From positions 29,073 through 93,072 of the forward strand of contig QMIT01000004.1 of assembly GCA_024434115.1 (NCBI GenBank): a stretch of DNA of 64,000 nucleotides, read 5' to 3'. The notes below the pieces were generated by a model. That model was not told the origin of the DNA, did no database searches, and was given only the letters and a program-made list of their open reading frames with translations. This document shows positions 55,046-64,000 of the stretch, in pieces. Numbering within the stretch: the first letter of the stretch is position 1; each line of letters opens with the position of its first letter. A program made the translations under genes and the position numbers. This stretch comes from Chloroflexota bacterium (lineage in GTDB: Bacteria; Chloroflexota; Anaerolineae; Aggregatilineales; J027).

Positions 55046-56131
55046 ATGTCCGAAGAGCTTTTGCTCAAAAGTGTCCAGTTGTCAAAAGAAGGCCAACAAG
55101 AACAGGCGCGTCAGTTGGTCGAAGAGTACACCCGCCAAAACCCTTTGGATGCAAGGGGATGGTGGGTTATGGCAAATATCGTTGAGGATCGTGCCCTCCA
55201 ACAGATTGCTCTCAAACACGTCTTAGAATTGAAACCCGACAATGCCAAAGCCCGTGCTATGTTAGAAGAGTTGGAGATTGACACGATATTCAGTATTGCC
55301 GATCTGCCGCCACCAAGCGGTCCTCTCAACCGTTCCAAAGTCCCAATTCGCCCCGCCGATTTATTGTTGGTTGGCGGCGCATTGCTCATCGTGGTGCTGT
55401 TTGTGCTGGCGGTTGGATGGTACGCCTATACCTATCAGCACAGTGGGTTATTCGGTTTATTTGGCCCTGATTTGTCGAACGAGGCTACCACTACTCAGTA
55501 TTCCATCCATTATCCCGAAGATTGGGAAGGGAAAATTATCAATTTCCAGTCCCAGAATCAGGACGTGGATACGGTTACAGTCGCCGCTAGTTATGGCATT
55601 GATTCCATCGTTCCGCTTCTGGCAAGCCAGCCTTCTGCCGATGCTGCTATCAGTGTGCTAATTGGCGATGAACCTATCGGACTCAATTCAAGCATTGTAA
55701 ATCAGAGCGACAGCCAGCTATCTGATGAAGAATCGAAGGAGTTGCTCCAATCGTTAGGGCTGGTTATATTTGCACCCGTATCGTCGGAGCAGCTTGCCGA
55801 AATTCAAGCCCAATTCGAGAGCAATGCCGAAAACATGGAGTCCCTTGAATTTTTAGGGATTCATTTTGACATCAATACTGAAACAAAAGATGTCGAAATT
55901 GACGGGGACGAGGCCATAATGACTTCATTTAACCTGTCGCTCCAATTCCCCGAAGAATTTGCCGAATCCTCCACTCTTGACGTAAACGAAATCAACATTA
56001 GTTACTACCTTGCGACAACCCAACATAACGGGCAAGCCTACGCATTTTTCATGCTCGCACTGGAAGAATCCCCCGGCGGTCAAGCCAGAACCGCTCGCCG
56101 CATCATTCGCAGCATCCAATTCGAGGACTAG
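55046..56131 (+). CDS. membrane-anchored protein with an N-terminal TPR-like module and an uncharacterised external domain
   Basis: The TPR-like 'GQQEQARQLVEEYTRQNPLDARGWWVMA' is followed by a single TM 'LLLVGGALLIVVLFVLAVGWYAY'. Confidence 0.55.
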   Translation: MSEELLLKSVQLSKEGQQEQARQLVEEYTRQNPLDARGWWVMANIVEDRALQQIALKHVLELKPDNAKARAMLEELEIDTIFSIADLPPPSGPLNRSKVPIRPADLLLVGGALLIVVLFVLAVGWYAYTYQHSGLFGLFGPDLSNEATTTQYSIHYPEDWEGKIINFQSQNQDVDTVTVAASYGIDSIVPLLASQPSADAAISVLIGDEPIGLNSSIVNQSDSQLSDEESKELLQSLGLVIFAPVSSEQLAEIQAQFESNAENMESLEFLGIHFDINTETKDVEIDGDEAIMTSFNLSLQFPEEFAESSTLDVNEINISYYLATTQHNGQAYAFFMLALEESPGGQARTARRIIRSIQFED

Positions 56132-56276
56132 TCGTAATATTTCAATTAATACAACACAGGTAGCCCCATTGGGCTAATTTCCTAATTTCGACATTCTCGT
56201 ATACTGGTAGGGTATTCACTTTACAATTTTGATAACTCAGCTTTTCCTTTTTTGTATGAATCAAGGAGCCAGCATA

Positions 56277-58145
56277 ATGCGAAAGCATCTCCAACGTTTT
56301 ATCAGTCTTTGCTTAATCGGGATCGTCGCCCTAACCGCGTTTGGCGCGATGCAATCACATGTTGAAGCATCCCCAGAGACCCAGACAGGTGTTGGGTTTA
56401 TCCGCTTTGCCAACGCCACTGTGACGGGCGGGGACGTTGATGTCTATCTCGATAACCGTCTCATCGCCAATAAATTGTTCAATGTCGTGGGCTATTTCAC
56501 CTTCTACAGCGGTGATCACAATGTAGTCTTTACCACACCAGCGGGTGCTGAAATTGCCAGCGCCACTCTGAGTCTTGCCAATGCGACCCGTATGACGGCG
56601 ACATTGATTGGCGCGGGAGCAGACAGCCAAGTGGTGGTTACGGTAGACAATGCCGCCCCACCCGTCCGTAATCTGACCCGCGTGGCCTATGTCAATGCTG
56701 TACAGGGCAGTGGCGACCAAGACATCCGCGTCAATAGCGAATCGGTTGCCAGTCTCGGCTTTGGTGAAGTCAGTGAAGCCACTGAAGTCGTCGCGGGTAG
56801 CTATTCCGTAGCGCTTGGTAGTAGCCCTGCTTCCGACATCGTGCTTTCGCCCGGACGCTACTATCTAGTATTTTTTGCCGGTGATTCTGCCAGCCCTGCT
56901 CCACGCATTGTCCAATTAATTGGTCGGCCCTATCGCGTCAGTGGTACCAATCGTTTCCGCTTCATGAATTTGGTAGAGGTGACGGAAGGTGCTGAAGAAA
57001 TCACCTATGATGTGTATGTCAATGCCGATCCTATTGCTGTTTACGCTGGGATTCGCTATGGAGAAGCCACCAATGAAGTCGTTGTGACCCCCGGCAACTA
57101 CACCTTTGAAGTCTATGCGACTGGCACTTCGCCCGATGGCGGCACCCCTGTTGTAACTACCACTCTCGACATCGCCGAAGACCAAAGCCTGTTCATGCTC
57201 CTCACGGGGACACCCGAAGACGTGAACCTTGATCTGTTCGCTGATGATCTCACCCCTGTTCCGGTCAATACTGCCCGTTTGCAGGTCATGAACCTCACTA
57301 GCATCATCCCGAATTTCGGCCTCGTCTCGCAAAATGGCATTACCTTGATTGAAGAAGTGTCACAGGGCAGCCTTGCCTCTGCCAATGTTCCCGGTGGTCT
57401 GTACGACCTGACACTTGTAGACGCCAGCGATCCCAGCGCCACGGTAGGTCGGGCTGAAGTAAACGCCCCGGCTGGCTCCATTGCCACCTTGATTATCTAT
57501 GGTACAGATCGCCAACGTTGGACGTGGTTTAATGAACCCGTAGAACAAGTCGCCTCGGTTCGTTTTGCCCATGCCGCGCCAGATTCACCCTCGCTCGATT
57601 TCTATCTCAATGGCGATTTGGTACTCAACAATCTGAACTATCTCGACTTCACCGACTATCTAACTCTGTCAGCGGGTAGCTATGAACTGACGGTCTATCC
57701 CGGCGATGTCACCCCTGCTGAAGGCGTTGAACCGATTTGGCGTGACCAGTTGACCATCACCGCCAATAATTTCCCGCTCACCTTGGTCGCCCTCGGCACC
57801 GATAACTTCCGTGTCAATGCCTTTGCCGACAATATAGAATTGATCCCACCTGACCAAGCGCGTGTCCGCTTCATTCATGCCGTCCGTAATGTACCGGGCA
57901 TGTCGGTCATCAACTCCGCCAGCGGCGACGTTTTGGCCGGTATCTTGGCCTATGGGCAAGGCAGCGACAACCTCAATTTGAATGCCAATACCCGGACTTT
58001 CAATTTCAGCGATGGGCAAGGCAATGTGTACTATCGCATTGAAAGTTTTGAACTGGTCAAAGGCAACTACTACACTTTCATTGTGGTGGGTGATGCCGCT
58101 GACCCGACGACCTTCGGTTACATCCTCATTCAAGTCCAGCCTTAA
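56277..58145 (+). CDS. secreted multi-repeat DUF4397 domain protein
   Basis: It has a signal peptide and recurring 'RF.HA.P....VD.YL.......L.Y......Y....G.Y...V' modules, for example 'VRFAHAAPDSPSLDFYLNG'. Confidence 0.7.
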   Translation: MRKHLQRFISLCLIGIVALTAFGAMQSHVEASPETQTGVGFIRFANATVTGGDVDVYLDNRLIANKLFNVVGYFTFYSGDHNVVFTTPAGAEIASATLSLANATRMTATLIGAGADSQVVVTVDNAAPPVRNLTRVAYVNAVQGSGDQDIRVNSESVASLGFGEVSEATEVVAGSYSVALGSSPASDIVLSPGRYYLVFFAGDSASPAPRIVQLIGRPYRVSGTNRFRFMNLVEVTEGAEEITYDVYVNADPIAVYAGIRYGEATNEVVVTPGNYTFEVYATGTSPDGGTPVVTTTLDIAEDQSLFMLLTGTPEDVNLDLFADDLTPVPVNTARLQVMNLTSIIPNFGLVSQNGITLIEEVSQGSLASANVPGGLYDLTLVDASDPSATVGRAEVNAPAGSIATLIIYGTDRQRWTWFNEPVEQVASVRFAHAAPDSPSLDFYLNGDLVLNNLNYLDFTDYLTLSAGSYELTVYPGDVTPAEGVEPIWRDQLTITANNFPLTLVALGTDNFRVNAFADNIELIPPDQARVRFIHAVRNVPGMSVINSASGDVLAGILAYGQGSDNLNLNANTRTFNFSDGQGNVYYRIESFELVKGNYYTFIVVGDAADPTTFGYILIQVQP

Positions 58146-58174
58146 CTCTGTACCCTCGTAGTGTCTCTTTTTTC

Positions 58175-58204
58175 AAGAGCGTGCCACCCGGTACGCTCTT
58201 TTTT
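58175..58204 (+). terminator. Rho-independent terminator after the DUF4397 gene
   Basis: 'aagagcgtgcc-accc-ggtacgctctt' forms an 11-bp stem (one G-T pair) followed by a T-run, 30 nt after the stop at 58145. Confidence 0.7.
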
Positions 58205-58258
58205 AATGTCAATCTACATGTTGTTTCAGTCCGTTGCTGATTGAGTACAATAGAGGTC

Positions 58259-59167
58259 ATGCCAAAACAAACTCATTCGGTTTCCTTGCCTGCTCGTTCT
58301 CGTCAATGCCTCAATCATTGGCTGTGGGGGCTGGTGTTGATTCTGCTTATTCTTAGCGGCACCTACTTTGCATGGACAGCAGCATGGAATCAGCCCAATC
58401 GTCAACTGCACGCCATTCCAGCGGTTGCTACCCCAGATTTATCTGCCGAACTTCCCCCATCGAGCTATTATGCGGCGGTGCTTCCCGGGGTCGAACAAGC
58501 CCTATGGAATGATAATTTTGTGAACAATCCTGCTGGGCTGCCCATCGCTGCGCCGGGAATCCCCCCTGTGGGAATCTATTTGCCAATGACGGGCAACTCG
58601 CAATTTTCCTTAACCACCCCTACACCTCCATCGGCGCTGCCACCGATTTTTCCCACTACTGCCCCTTTTGTCCCCACTTTTGTCCAATCCGAAGATCAAG
58701 GGATTATTACCGCCACACCACCGGATTTTTTTGATCCGTCCGGTCAAGCAGGCCCAACCATCGTTGCCAATGCGGATGTGCCAGAGGGGGGGTGTGGGCC
58801 AGCCGGTTTACCTGTCTCTGGCATCTTGACGCAGCGCTTTCATCAATATCACATTGGCATAGATTTGGGAATTCCGATTGGCACGCCCGTCCAAGCCACA
58901 CACAGCGGGACCGTCACCTTTGCGGGTTGGAGTGAAATCGGTTACGGCTATCTGGTCATCATTCAAAGTGGGGCATTCATCACCTATTATGCCCATTTGA
59001 CCTCGTTTAATGTGTCATCGGGACAGTCGGTGGGGCGATTTTCGGTGATTGGGTGGAGTGGCAGTACAGGCAACAGCACTGGCCCGCATGTCCATTATGA
59101 AACACGCATCAACGACGGCCCAGTTGACCCGCTCAGTTTTGAACAGCGCGGCTATGGCACATGTTAG
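58259..59167 (+). CDS. M23 (LytM-type) peptidoglycan metalloendopeptidase, membrane anchored
   Basis: 'HIGIDLG.P.GTPV.A...G', 'YAHL' and 'GSTGNSTGPHVHYE' are present, preceded by an N-terminal TM and a Pro-rich linker. Confidence 0.8.
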   Translation: MPKQTHSVSLPARSRQCLNHWLWGLVLILLILSGTYFAWTAAWNQPNRQLHAIPAVATPDLSAELPPSSYYAAVLPGVEQALWNDNFVNNPAGLPIAAPGIPPVGIYLPMTGNSQFSLTTPTPPSALPPIFPTTAPFVPTFVQSEDQGIITATPPDFFDPSGQAGPTIVANADVPEGGCGPAGLPVSGILTQRFHQYHIGIDLGIPIGTPVQATHSGTVTFAGWSEIGYGYLVIIQSGAFITYYAHLTSFNVSSGQSVGRFSVIGWSGSTGNSTGPHVHYETRINDGPVDPLSFEQRGYGTC

Positions 59168-59179
59168 AGAAGCAACTTT

Positions 59180-59365
59180 TTACGAGGGCGGCTTCGTCAG
59201 GGAGCGGATATGATTAATTTCGTGCAGATAGGCCACAACCTCTGGCCGTACCCGCAGCAACCAACGCACGGTGGGGACAATGGGACGGACGCGCAACCAT
59301 ACAATGAGCGCCCGCCCCATCATCGCCACCAAAGACATCAAAACAAAAATTCGTCGCATAATCAA
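59180..59365 (-). CDS. possible small membrane protein
   Basis: The 61-aa ORF starts immediately after the ybdK-like stop and has one hydrophobic segment. There is no other support. Confidence 0.25.
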   Translation of the reverse strand: MIMRRIFVLMSLVAMMGRALIVWLRVRPIVPTVRWLLRVRPEVVAYLHEINHIRSLTKPPS

Positions 59366-60568
59366 TTACGATTGCGTGGCAGGTTCACGCCAGCCCAGTT
59401 GTGTCTCCCGAACCAATTGATCCACCACCGCATTTAAGGCTTCTTGAGTATCCGCCCCTTCATTCAAAGCACGGCGGAAGGTGGCAAGTTGACGATCCGC
59501 ACTCGTTCCTTTTTCCAAAATCGTCTTGGCGTATTCGACATCTTGGCGCGTGCCAAGCTCGTCTACCACGTCGTCAATAATTTCCAAAATTTCCTGCACC
59601 AATAAGCGCATAGGCACTTCATCTTCGATACCAAAATCAATCAGCTTCCCGTCAATGCCCCAACGAACCGCCCGCCATTTGTTCTCGCTAATCATATGCG
59701 AAGGATAAATGCGCCAACTGAGATTTTGATTGCGGAGCTTAATGAATTTGGCGACGAACGACTGAATCAAGGCCGCCACACACATGCACTCATCCACCGT
59801 CGTACACATATCGGATATGCGGATTTCGAGTGTACCCCAATTCGGATGAGGCCGCGCGTCCCACCAAATCTTGGTGGCATCTTTGGGCGAGGCTTCACCC
59901 GACGGCTTGCCTGTACCTTTTGGCCCCAACGACCCTACCGCCGCCATTACATCCACATAGCGATCATACTCCGCAAATCCGCCAAAAATGGGGGGAATAC
60001 CTGTGCGGGGCATGTTCTCAAAAACCAGACAGCGGTAGCTCTTCATGCCCGTATCCCGTCCATGCCAGAACGGGGAGGAGGTTGAAAGCGCCAAAATATG
60101 CGGCAGGAAATAGCGGATTTGATTCATGACATCCACAATCAATTCAAAAGCGAGGCGGTCTTGCCCAAAACCGACATGCACATGCATCCCGAAGATTAAC
60201 AAGCGACGGGCGGCATCTTGCATCGTGGATTGCAGATCGTCGTACCGCTCCCCTTCCGAAAAACGCTGATCCTGCCAGCGCGAAAACGGATGCGTTCCAG
60301 CGGCGGCAATCGCCCGGCCATTTTCTTCTGCCGCCTCAAAAACCGTCCGTCGCAAATGGATAATCTCTTGGCGGGCTTCCTGAATATTGGCACAAACGCG
60401 ACTGCCGACCTCAATTTGGGATTGCATAAATTCGGGTTTTAATTGATTACCAAGCGTGACCCGGCCTCGATTCATGAGTTGTTGGACGTAGGAAGTTAGT
60501 TCACGGGTTTCGGGGTCAATAATTTGATATTCTTCTTCAATACCAATCGTCATTGGAATACTAATCAT
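59366..60568 (-). CDS. ybdK: carboxylate-amine ligase, YbdK / glutamate-cysteine ligase family 2
   Basis: 'IGIEEEYQIIDPETREL', 'GTHPF' and 'FGMHVHVG' are present. I chose the ATG at 60568. Confidence 0.8.
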   Translation of the reverse strand: MISIPMTIGIEEEYQIIDPETRELTSYVQQLMNRGRVTLGNQLKPEFMQSQIEVGSRVCANIQEARQEIIHLRRTVFEAAEENGRAIAAAGTHPFSRWQDQRFSEGERYDDLQSTMQDAARRLLIFGMHVHVGFGQDRLAFELIVDVMNQIRYFLPHILALSTSSPFWHGRDTGMKSYRCLVFENMPRTGIPPIFGGFAEYDRYVDVMAAVGSLGPKGTGKPSGEASPKDATKIWWDARPHPNWGTLEIRISDMCTTVDECMCVAALIQSFVAKFIKLRNQNLSWRIYPSHMISENKWRAVRWGIDGKLIDFGIEDEVPMRLLVQEILEIIDDVVDELGTRQDVEYAKTILEKGTSADRQLATFRRALNEGADTQEALNAVVDQLVRETQLGWREPATQS

Positions 60569-60675
60569 GATAAACCATGCTCCTAAATGCCGTCCGGGAT
60601 ACGCTTTTTGCCGCCAATTATGCGATGAAACGCAAAAAACGGCAACCGTGTTGCCTGCCAGATTCACCAAATATT

Positions 60676-61941
60676 TTAGCGAGTGATCGAACTATAAAAG
60701 GGAGTAATCACAATTAGGCTGAAGAACAGGGCCACCGTAATTCCACCCAAAATCATGCGGGGCAATCCCAATGGGGTAATATCGTCGTGTGGTGGGGGAT
60801 GGCGCAGACCTGTTAGCACTGCAAAGAGAGGCCAAATCAACCATGCCGCCCAAAAGCCCATGAGACCAAGCAGGATGCAGATGGCAGCAACGGAAAATGC
60901 CAACGGCCACGCGACCCGACGCCCAAACAGCGCATAGGCCACATGCCCGCCATCAAATTGACCGAGCGGCAGCAAATTGAGGAAGGTCAATAACGTTCCA
61001 AACCACGCCGCCAGTGCCTGTGGGTGACGAAAAAAGACCGTGCTATCAATGCGGGCAACTTGCTGATCGGTATAGACGGAGCGGGCAACCCACTCCAGAA
61101 AAAGCGGCACACTCACCCGATCAACCCGAAGTTGTTGCAGCCATTCCAGCGGAATCCCGATGGTTGGCTGTGTTTTCAGGCCCGTGATAAAGAAAGGAAT
61201 CGCCACCAATAACCCAGCTAATGGCCCAGCCAAGCCAATATCAAACAGCATTTTGCGGTTTTTGAATGGGCTGGTGATAAAAATCACCGCCCCCATCGTA
61301 CCCAGTGATAGCGGCATTAGGCTGGACAGCGGCAGGGGGATAAAGAACGGCAGAGTAACTTTGACTTTGTGCAGACGGGCCGCCACGTAATGCCCCATTT
61401 CATGTACACCCAAAATCAACAGCAGGGGAAACGCAAACTGCCGTCCACCGTTATACATTTCGCGCAACGTCACCGTATTTTGTTCAGCCACCGCCGCACG
61501 TATAGAGTCAAGATCATAGCCCACAAAGGTTGCTCCCGCGACCAGCGTCGTAAAGACCGTCACAATCAATAGACCCAAGTGAAACCACCAGCGCGTTTTG
61601 ACGGCACGCTGAACCACCTGCCCCTCAACAATCAGCACTTCATCCTTTTTTTCAGGCCCACGCTGCAAAAAGAGAGTACACCCCTCCGCTTCGATTTTTT
61701 CACTAAGCGGCGGATAGGTCTCCGCTGCGGATTGAAGCAGTTTCCCCCGAAACACCAATGCCGTGCGTTTGGCGGCAGGGGCGGTTGCCAAATCATCTTC
61801 CTCAATCGTCATATAGGCTTGGACAATTTGGCGGAAGCGCTCCTTATGCGACTCCTCTGGCAGTGCTTCTAATAAAGAGGGCGGCCTCTGCTCAGGAATA
61901 TCAATGGGATGGGTCGTATCAAGTGATTCTGAAATACTCAT
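60676..61941 (-). CDS. M50-family site-2 metalloprotease
   Basis: 'HEMGHYVAARLH' (HExxH) lies in a TM segment, and the later 'LNLLPLGQFDGGHV' carries the third ligand motif. Confidence 0.8.
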   Translation of the reverse strand: MSISESLDTTHPIDIPEQRPPSLLEALPEESHKERFRQIVQAYMTIEEDDLATAPAAKRTALVFRGKLLQSAAETYPPLSEKIEAEGCTLFLQRGPEKKDEVLIVEGQVVQRAVKTRWWFHLGLLIVTVFTTLVAGATFVGYDLDSIRAAVAEQNTVTLREMYNGGRQFAFPLLLILGVHEMGHYVAARLHKVKVTLPFFIPLPLSSLMPLSLGTMGAVIFITSPFKNRKMLFDIGLAGPLAGLLVAIPFFITGLKTQPTIGIPLEWLQQLRVDRVSVPLFLEWVARSVYTDQQVARIDSTVFFRHPQALAAWFGTLLTFLNLLPLGQFDGGHVAYALFGRRVAWPLAFSVAAICILLGLMGFWAAWLIWPLFAVLTGLRHPPPHDDITPLGLPRMILGGITVALFFSLIVITPFYSSITR

Positions 61942-61996
61942 TGAGGCATTATTCTCTGATAAAAGGGCGATTTTTTATCAACCGCCCCTCCGAAAA

Positions 61997-64000
61997 TTAT
62001 TCTACGTTAAACCATGTAGGATGATCAGCAATCCAACCTTCCGTGCCATCGGTAAGGCGAACCTGCCACCACACAAAATAGTCGGCAAATTCTGGCCCAC
62101 CAATTACTTCAAGTTTGGCCCCCTCCGCAACCGTCTGAAGACGAGTCGAGGCAGTATCAAAATTTTCGCGGAGGTTGGCCCCATCGCCCGCCGCAAGCAC
62201 TTCTAGCGTCTTGCTGATGAATATACCCGCTGTAACCTTACGAGGATCAATTTGTGCTACAAAATTGCCATCAAACAGCAGGTAGCCTGTTGACCCATCA
62301 TAGGTGGTCACTTTGGCCCATTGAATACCACCTGCTTCTTCCAATGTGCCATCCCATCCCACGCGATCACCGGGGAACAGCGTGGCAACCGTATCCGAGG
62401 ATTCATCAGCCTCAGCACGAACGTCAATGCTTTCAATACCATCTACAACTTGCAACACGTTTTCAGTCAGCGCGATGGCAGGCCAGGGTTCAACAAAATA
62501 ATTACCCTCCCCCTCAGCGACCCAGCCCTGTGTTCCGCTGTCGAGTTGAATCTGCCACCATGTAAAGCGACCCCCTGCGCAATCCGGCCCGCCAATGACA
62601 TTAAATTCTGTACCATTGTTGATACGGGTGATGACATCCCCATCGGGATTTGCCCGGACATTGGTCGTCCCTGAGCCGATCAGGGTAGTGCGTCCGTGCA
62701 TCCCCACCGCAAGTTGACTATCCATTGTTGCGGGGCAAAGCATTGAAGGTTGTGCCGTCAAAACAGGCACTTCCGCAACTTTGGGCGGTTCGGGGGTAAA
62801 GGTGTTGGTTGCCGTAGCGGTTTGCGTCGCTGTGGCGGTACTTTCAGGGGTACCACTGTCGGTTGCGACTTCTGTCACCTCAGCAGATGCCTCTGGGGAT
62901 TGATTGACATCGGCGGCTTTCGTCTCATCCCCACCCCCCTTGTCATCGTCCTGACTCAGTGCGAACAAGACAATGCCCGCCGCACCGCCCAATAGGATGA
63001 GCAGCACGAGAAGGCTACCAATGATGCCCAAAACATTCGGCCCCTTTTTCTTGGGCGCATACACAGGTTGCATGGTATATCCGGCTGGTGGGGGGAAGGT
63101 CGGCGCTTGCTGTGGATAGGAAGTCTGATAGGGCGGATACGGCCCTTGTGCCATGCCGGTCTGTGGAGGAGGCATCTGCCCCATTCCCGTTTGGGGTGGG
63201 GGTGGCGTATACTGAGGCATTGGCGTCTGAACCGGGGGTTGTGGCGCAGACGGGGTATATGCTGGCATCTGCGTTTGGGTGGGCGGCATGGCATCCAATA
63301 CCGTTCGCATGGCCTGTTCGGGCGTTGGTTTGGCGGGTGCAGGTGGCGCAGTGGGTTCTGTGGTAGGCGGACGCTCCAACCGCACCGTTAGCGGAATTAG
63401 ATCGCCGCGCAAATCCTCTTTCTGACCCTTAATGGCCTCAAGCAATTCTTTGGTTAGATCAAGTGCTTTTTGATACCGATCTTCGGGTTTCTTGGAGGTC
63501 GCTTTCAACACCACGTCATCAATCGCCGACGACAACCCCGGCACTTTCAGGCTGGCACGCGGCATCTCTTTTTCCAAATGTGCAAACATCAATTGATGCG
63601 GCGTTTCGGCATGGAACGGCACATCGCCCGTCAGCAACTCATAGAGGATAATGCCCAAGCTGTAAATATCGGCCCGCTGGTCAATAGCTTCGGCTTTCCA
63701 CTGTTCGGGGGCCATATACGCAGGCGTGCCCATCATTGTGCCCGTCGCCGTCATCTGCGTACCCTGCATAATCTTGGCGATGCCAAAGTCCATCAAATAG
63801 GCATTCCCCAAATTATCCAACAGCACATTATTCGGCTTCAGGTCACGATGAACGATGCCATGCTGATGGGCATAATCTAACCCACCCGCAATCTGGGTCA
63901 TCAATTTTTCAATATCCGGCAGCGGCAGTGGTTTGCCCCGAATACGCCGATCCAGACTGCCCCCTTCCATCAAGCGCACCACCAAATAAACATATTCCCC
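61997..64000 (-). CDS. Ser/Thr protein kinase with a Pro-rich linker, a TM segment and three SH3b-like extracellular repeats (N-terminus outside window)
   Basis: 'HRDLKPNNVLL', 'DFGIAK' and 'GTPAYMAPE' are present. The reading frame stays open to the window edge. The C-terminal repeats end in 'GTQGWVAEG' and 'GTEGWIADH'. Confidence 0.85.
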   Translation of the reverse strand, partial: GEYVYLVVRLMEGGSLDRRIRGKPLPLPDIEKLMTQIAGGLDYAHQHGIVHRDLKPNNVLLDNLGNAYLMDFGIAKIMQGTQMTATGTMMGTPAYMAPEQWKAEAIDQRADIYSLGIILYELLTGDVPFHAETPHQLMFAHLEKEMPRASLKVPGLSSAIDDVVLKATSKKPEDRYQKALDLTKELLEAIKGQKEDLRGDLIPLTVRLERPPTTEPTAPPAPAKPTPEQAMRTVLDAMPPTQTQMPAYTPSAPQPPVQTPMPQYTPPPPQTGMGQMPPPQTGMAQGPYPPYQTSYPQQAPTFPPPAGYTMQPVYAPKKKGPNVLGIIGSLLVLLILLGGAAGIVLFALSQDDDKGGGDETKAADVNQSPEASAEVTEVATDSGTPESTATATQTATATNTFTPEPPKVAEVPVLTAQPSMLCPATMDSQLAVGMHGRTTLIGSGTTNVRANPDGDVITRINNGTEFNVIGGPDCAGGRFTWWQIQLDSGTQGWVAEGEGNYFVEPWPAIALTENVLQVVDGIESIDVRAEADESSDTVATLFPGDRVGWDGTLEEAGGIQWAKVTTYDGSTGYLLFDGNFVAQIDPRKVTAGIFISKTLEVLAAGDGANLRENFDTASTRLQTVAEGAKLEVIGGPEFADYFVWWQVRLTDGTEGWIADHPTWFNVE

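Noticed and set aside
56161-56176. Hairpin 'tagccc-catt-gggcta' after the TPR-TM gene, considered as a terminator.
   Set aside because: It has only a 6-bp stem and no clear T-run, which is too weak to call.
1-64000. CRISPR arrays, rRNA genes, IS elements with terminal inverted repeats, or long tandem repeats.
   Set aside because: None were seen. The few non-coding gaps are short (under 260 nt) and contain only the hairpins and palindromes listed above.

Overview
The window is 64 kb of densely coding bacterial chromosome. I can support about 60 CDS and one tRNA. I saw no rRNA, no CRISPR array and no long tandem repeats. All family calls come from reading the translated ORFs and recognising motifs; no search was run. 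Gene content (DUF4397, PrsW, B12-radical SAM, Pro-rich linkers, a Ser/Thr kinase with an SH3b ectodomain) feels Chloroflexota-like, but that is a weak guess.

Layout:
(i) 1-1231: the end of a TPR protein, followed by a radical SAM enzyme.
(ii) About 1232-7940: a visibly AT-richer integrative mobilizable element. It carries a nuclease-like cargo gene, a MOBQ-type relaxase operon, an XRE switch region and a split large serine recombinase. It abuts the 3' end of tRNA-Arg(CCG) at 7939-8010.
(iii) 8144-18554: mixed genes, including a YgeY-like M20 hydrolase, a DDAH-like enzyme, a B12-radical SAM protein, a NarL-type two-component pair and a T4 Rnl1-like RNA ligase.
(iv) 18567-36414: a long, mostly minus-strand cell-wall amino-sugar salvage locus. 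It contains murQ, a MurK-like kinase, anmK, an AmiE-like amidase, namZ, an unknown 440-aa gene, nagZ, a GntR/HutC regulator, a 5-component Opp-type ABC importer and an LmbE deacetylase, with a divergent plus-strand M24 peptidase at its end. A dre-like palindrome lies upstream of the importer.
(v) 36415-38691: an Imm8-like orphan gene and a PrsW protease fused to a cNMP-binding domain.
(vi) 38840-45197: a molybdenum hydroxylase operon with YqeB and fused YqeC-MocA maturation genes, that is, a predicted selenium-dependent molybdenum hydroxylase.
(vii) 45206-64000: housekeeping and envelope genes (tgt, PNP, YqeK, YbdK, M50, M23, STAS, DUF4397, a Ser/Thr kinase).

The most follow-up-worthy items are the selenium-type Mo-hydroxylase locus, the small element with its 554-aa nuclease-like cargo and split recombinase reading into the tRNA, the fully cytoplasmic muropeptide salvage locus with its unknown inserted gene, the bacterial Rnl1-like ligase, and the PrsW-cNMP fusion.
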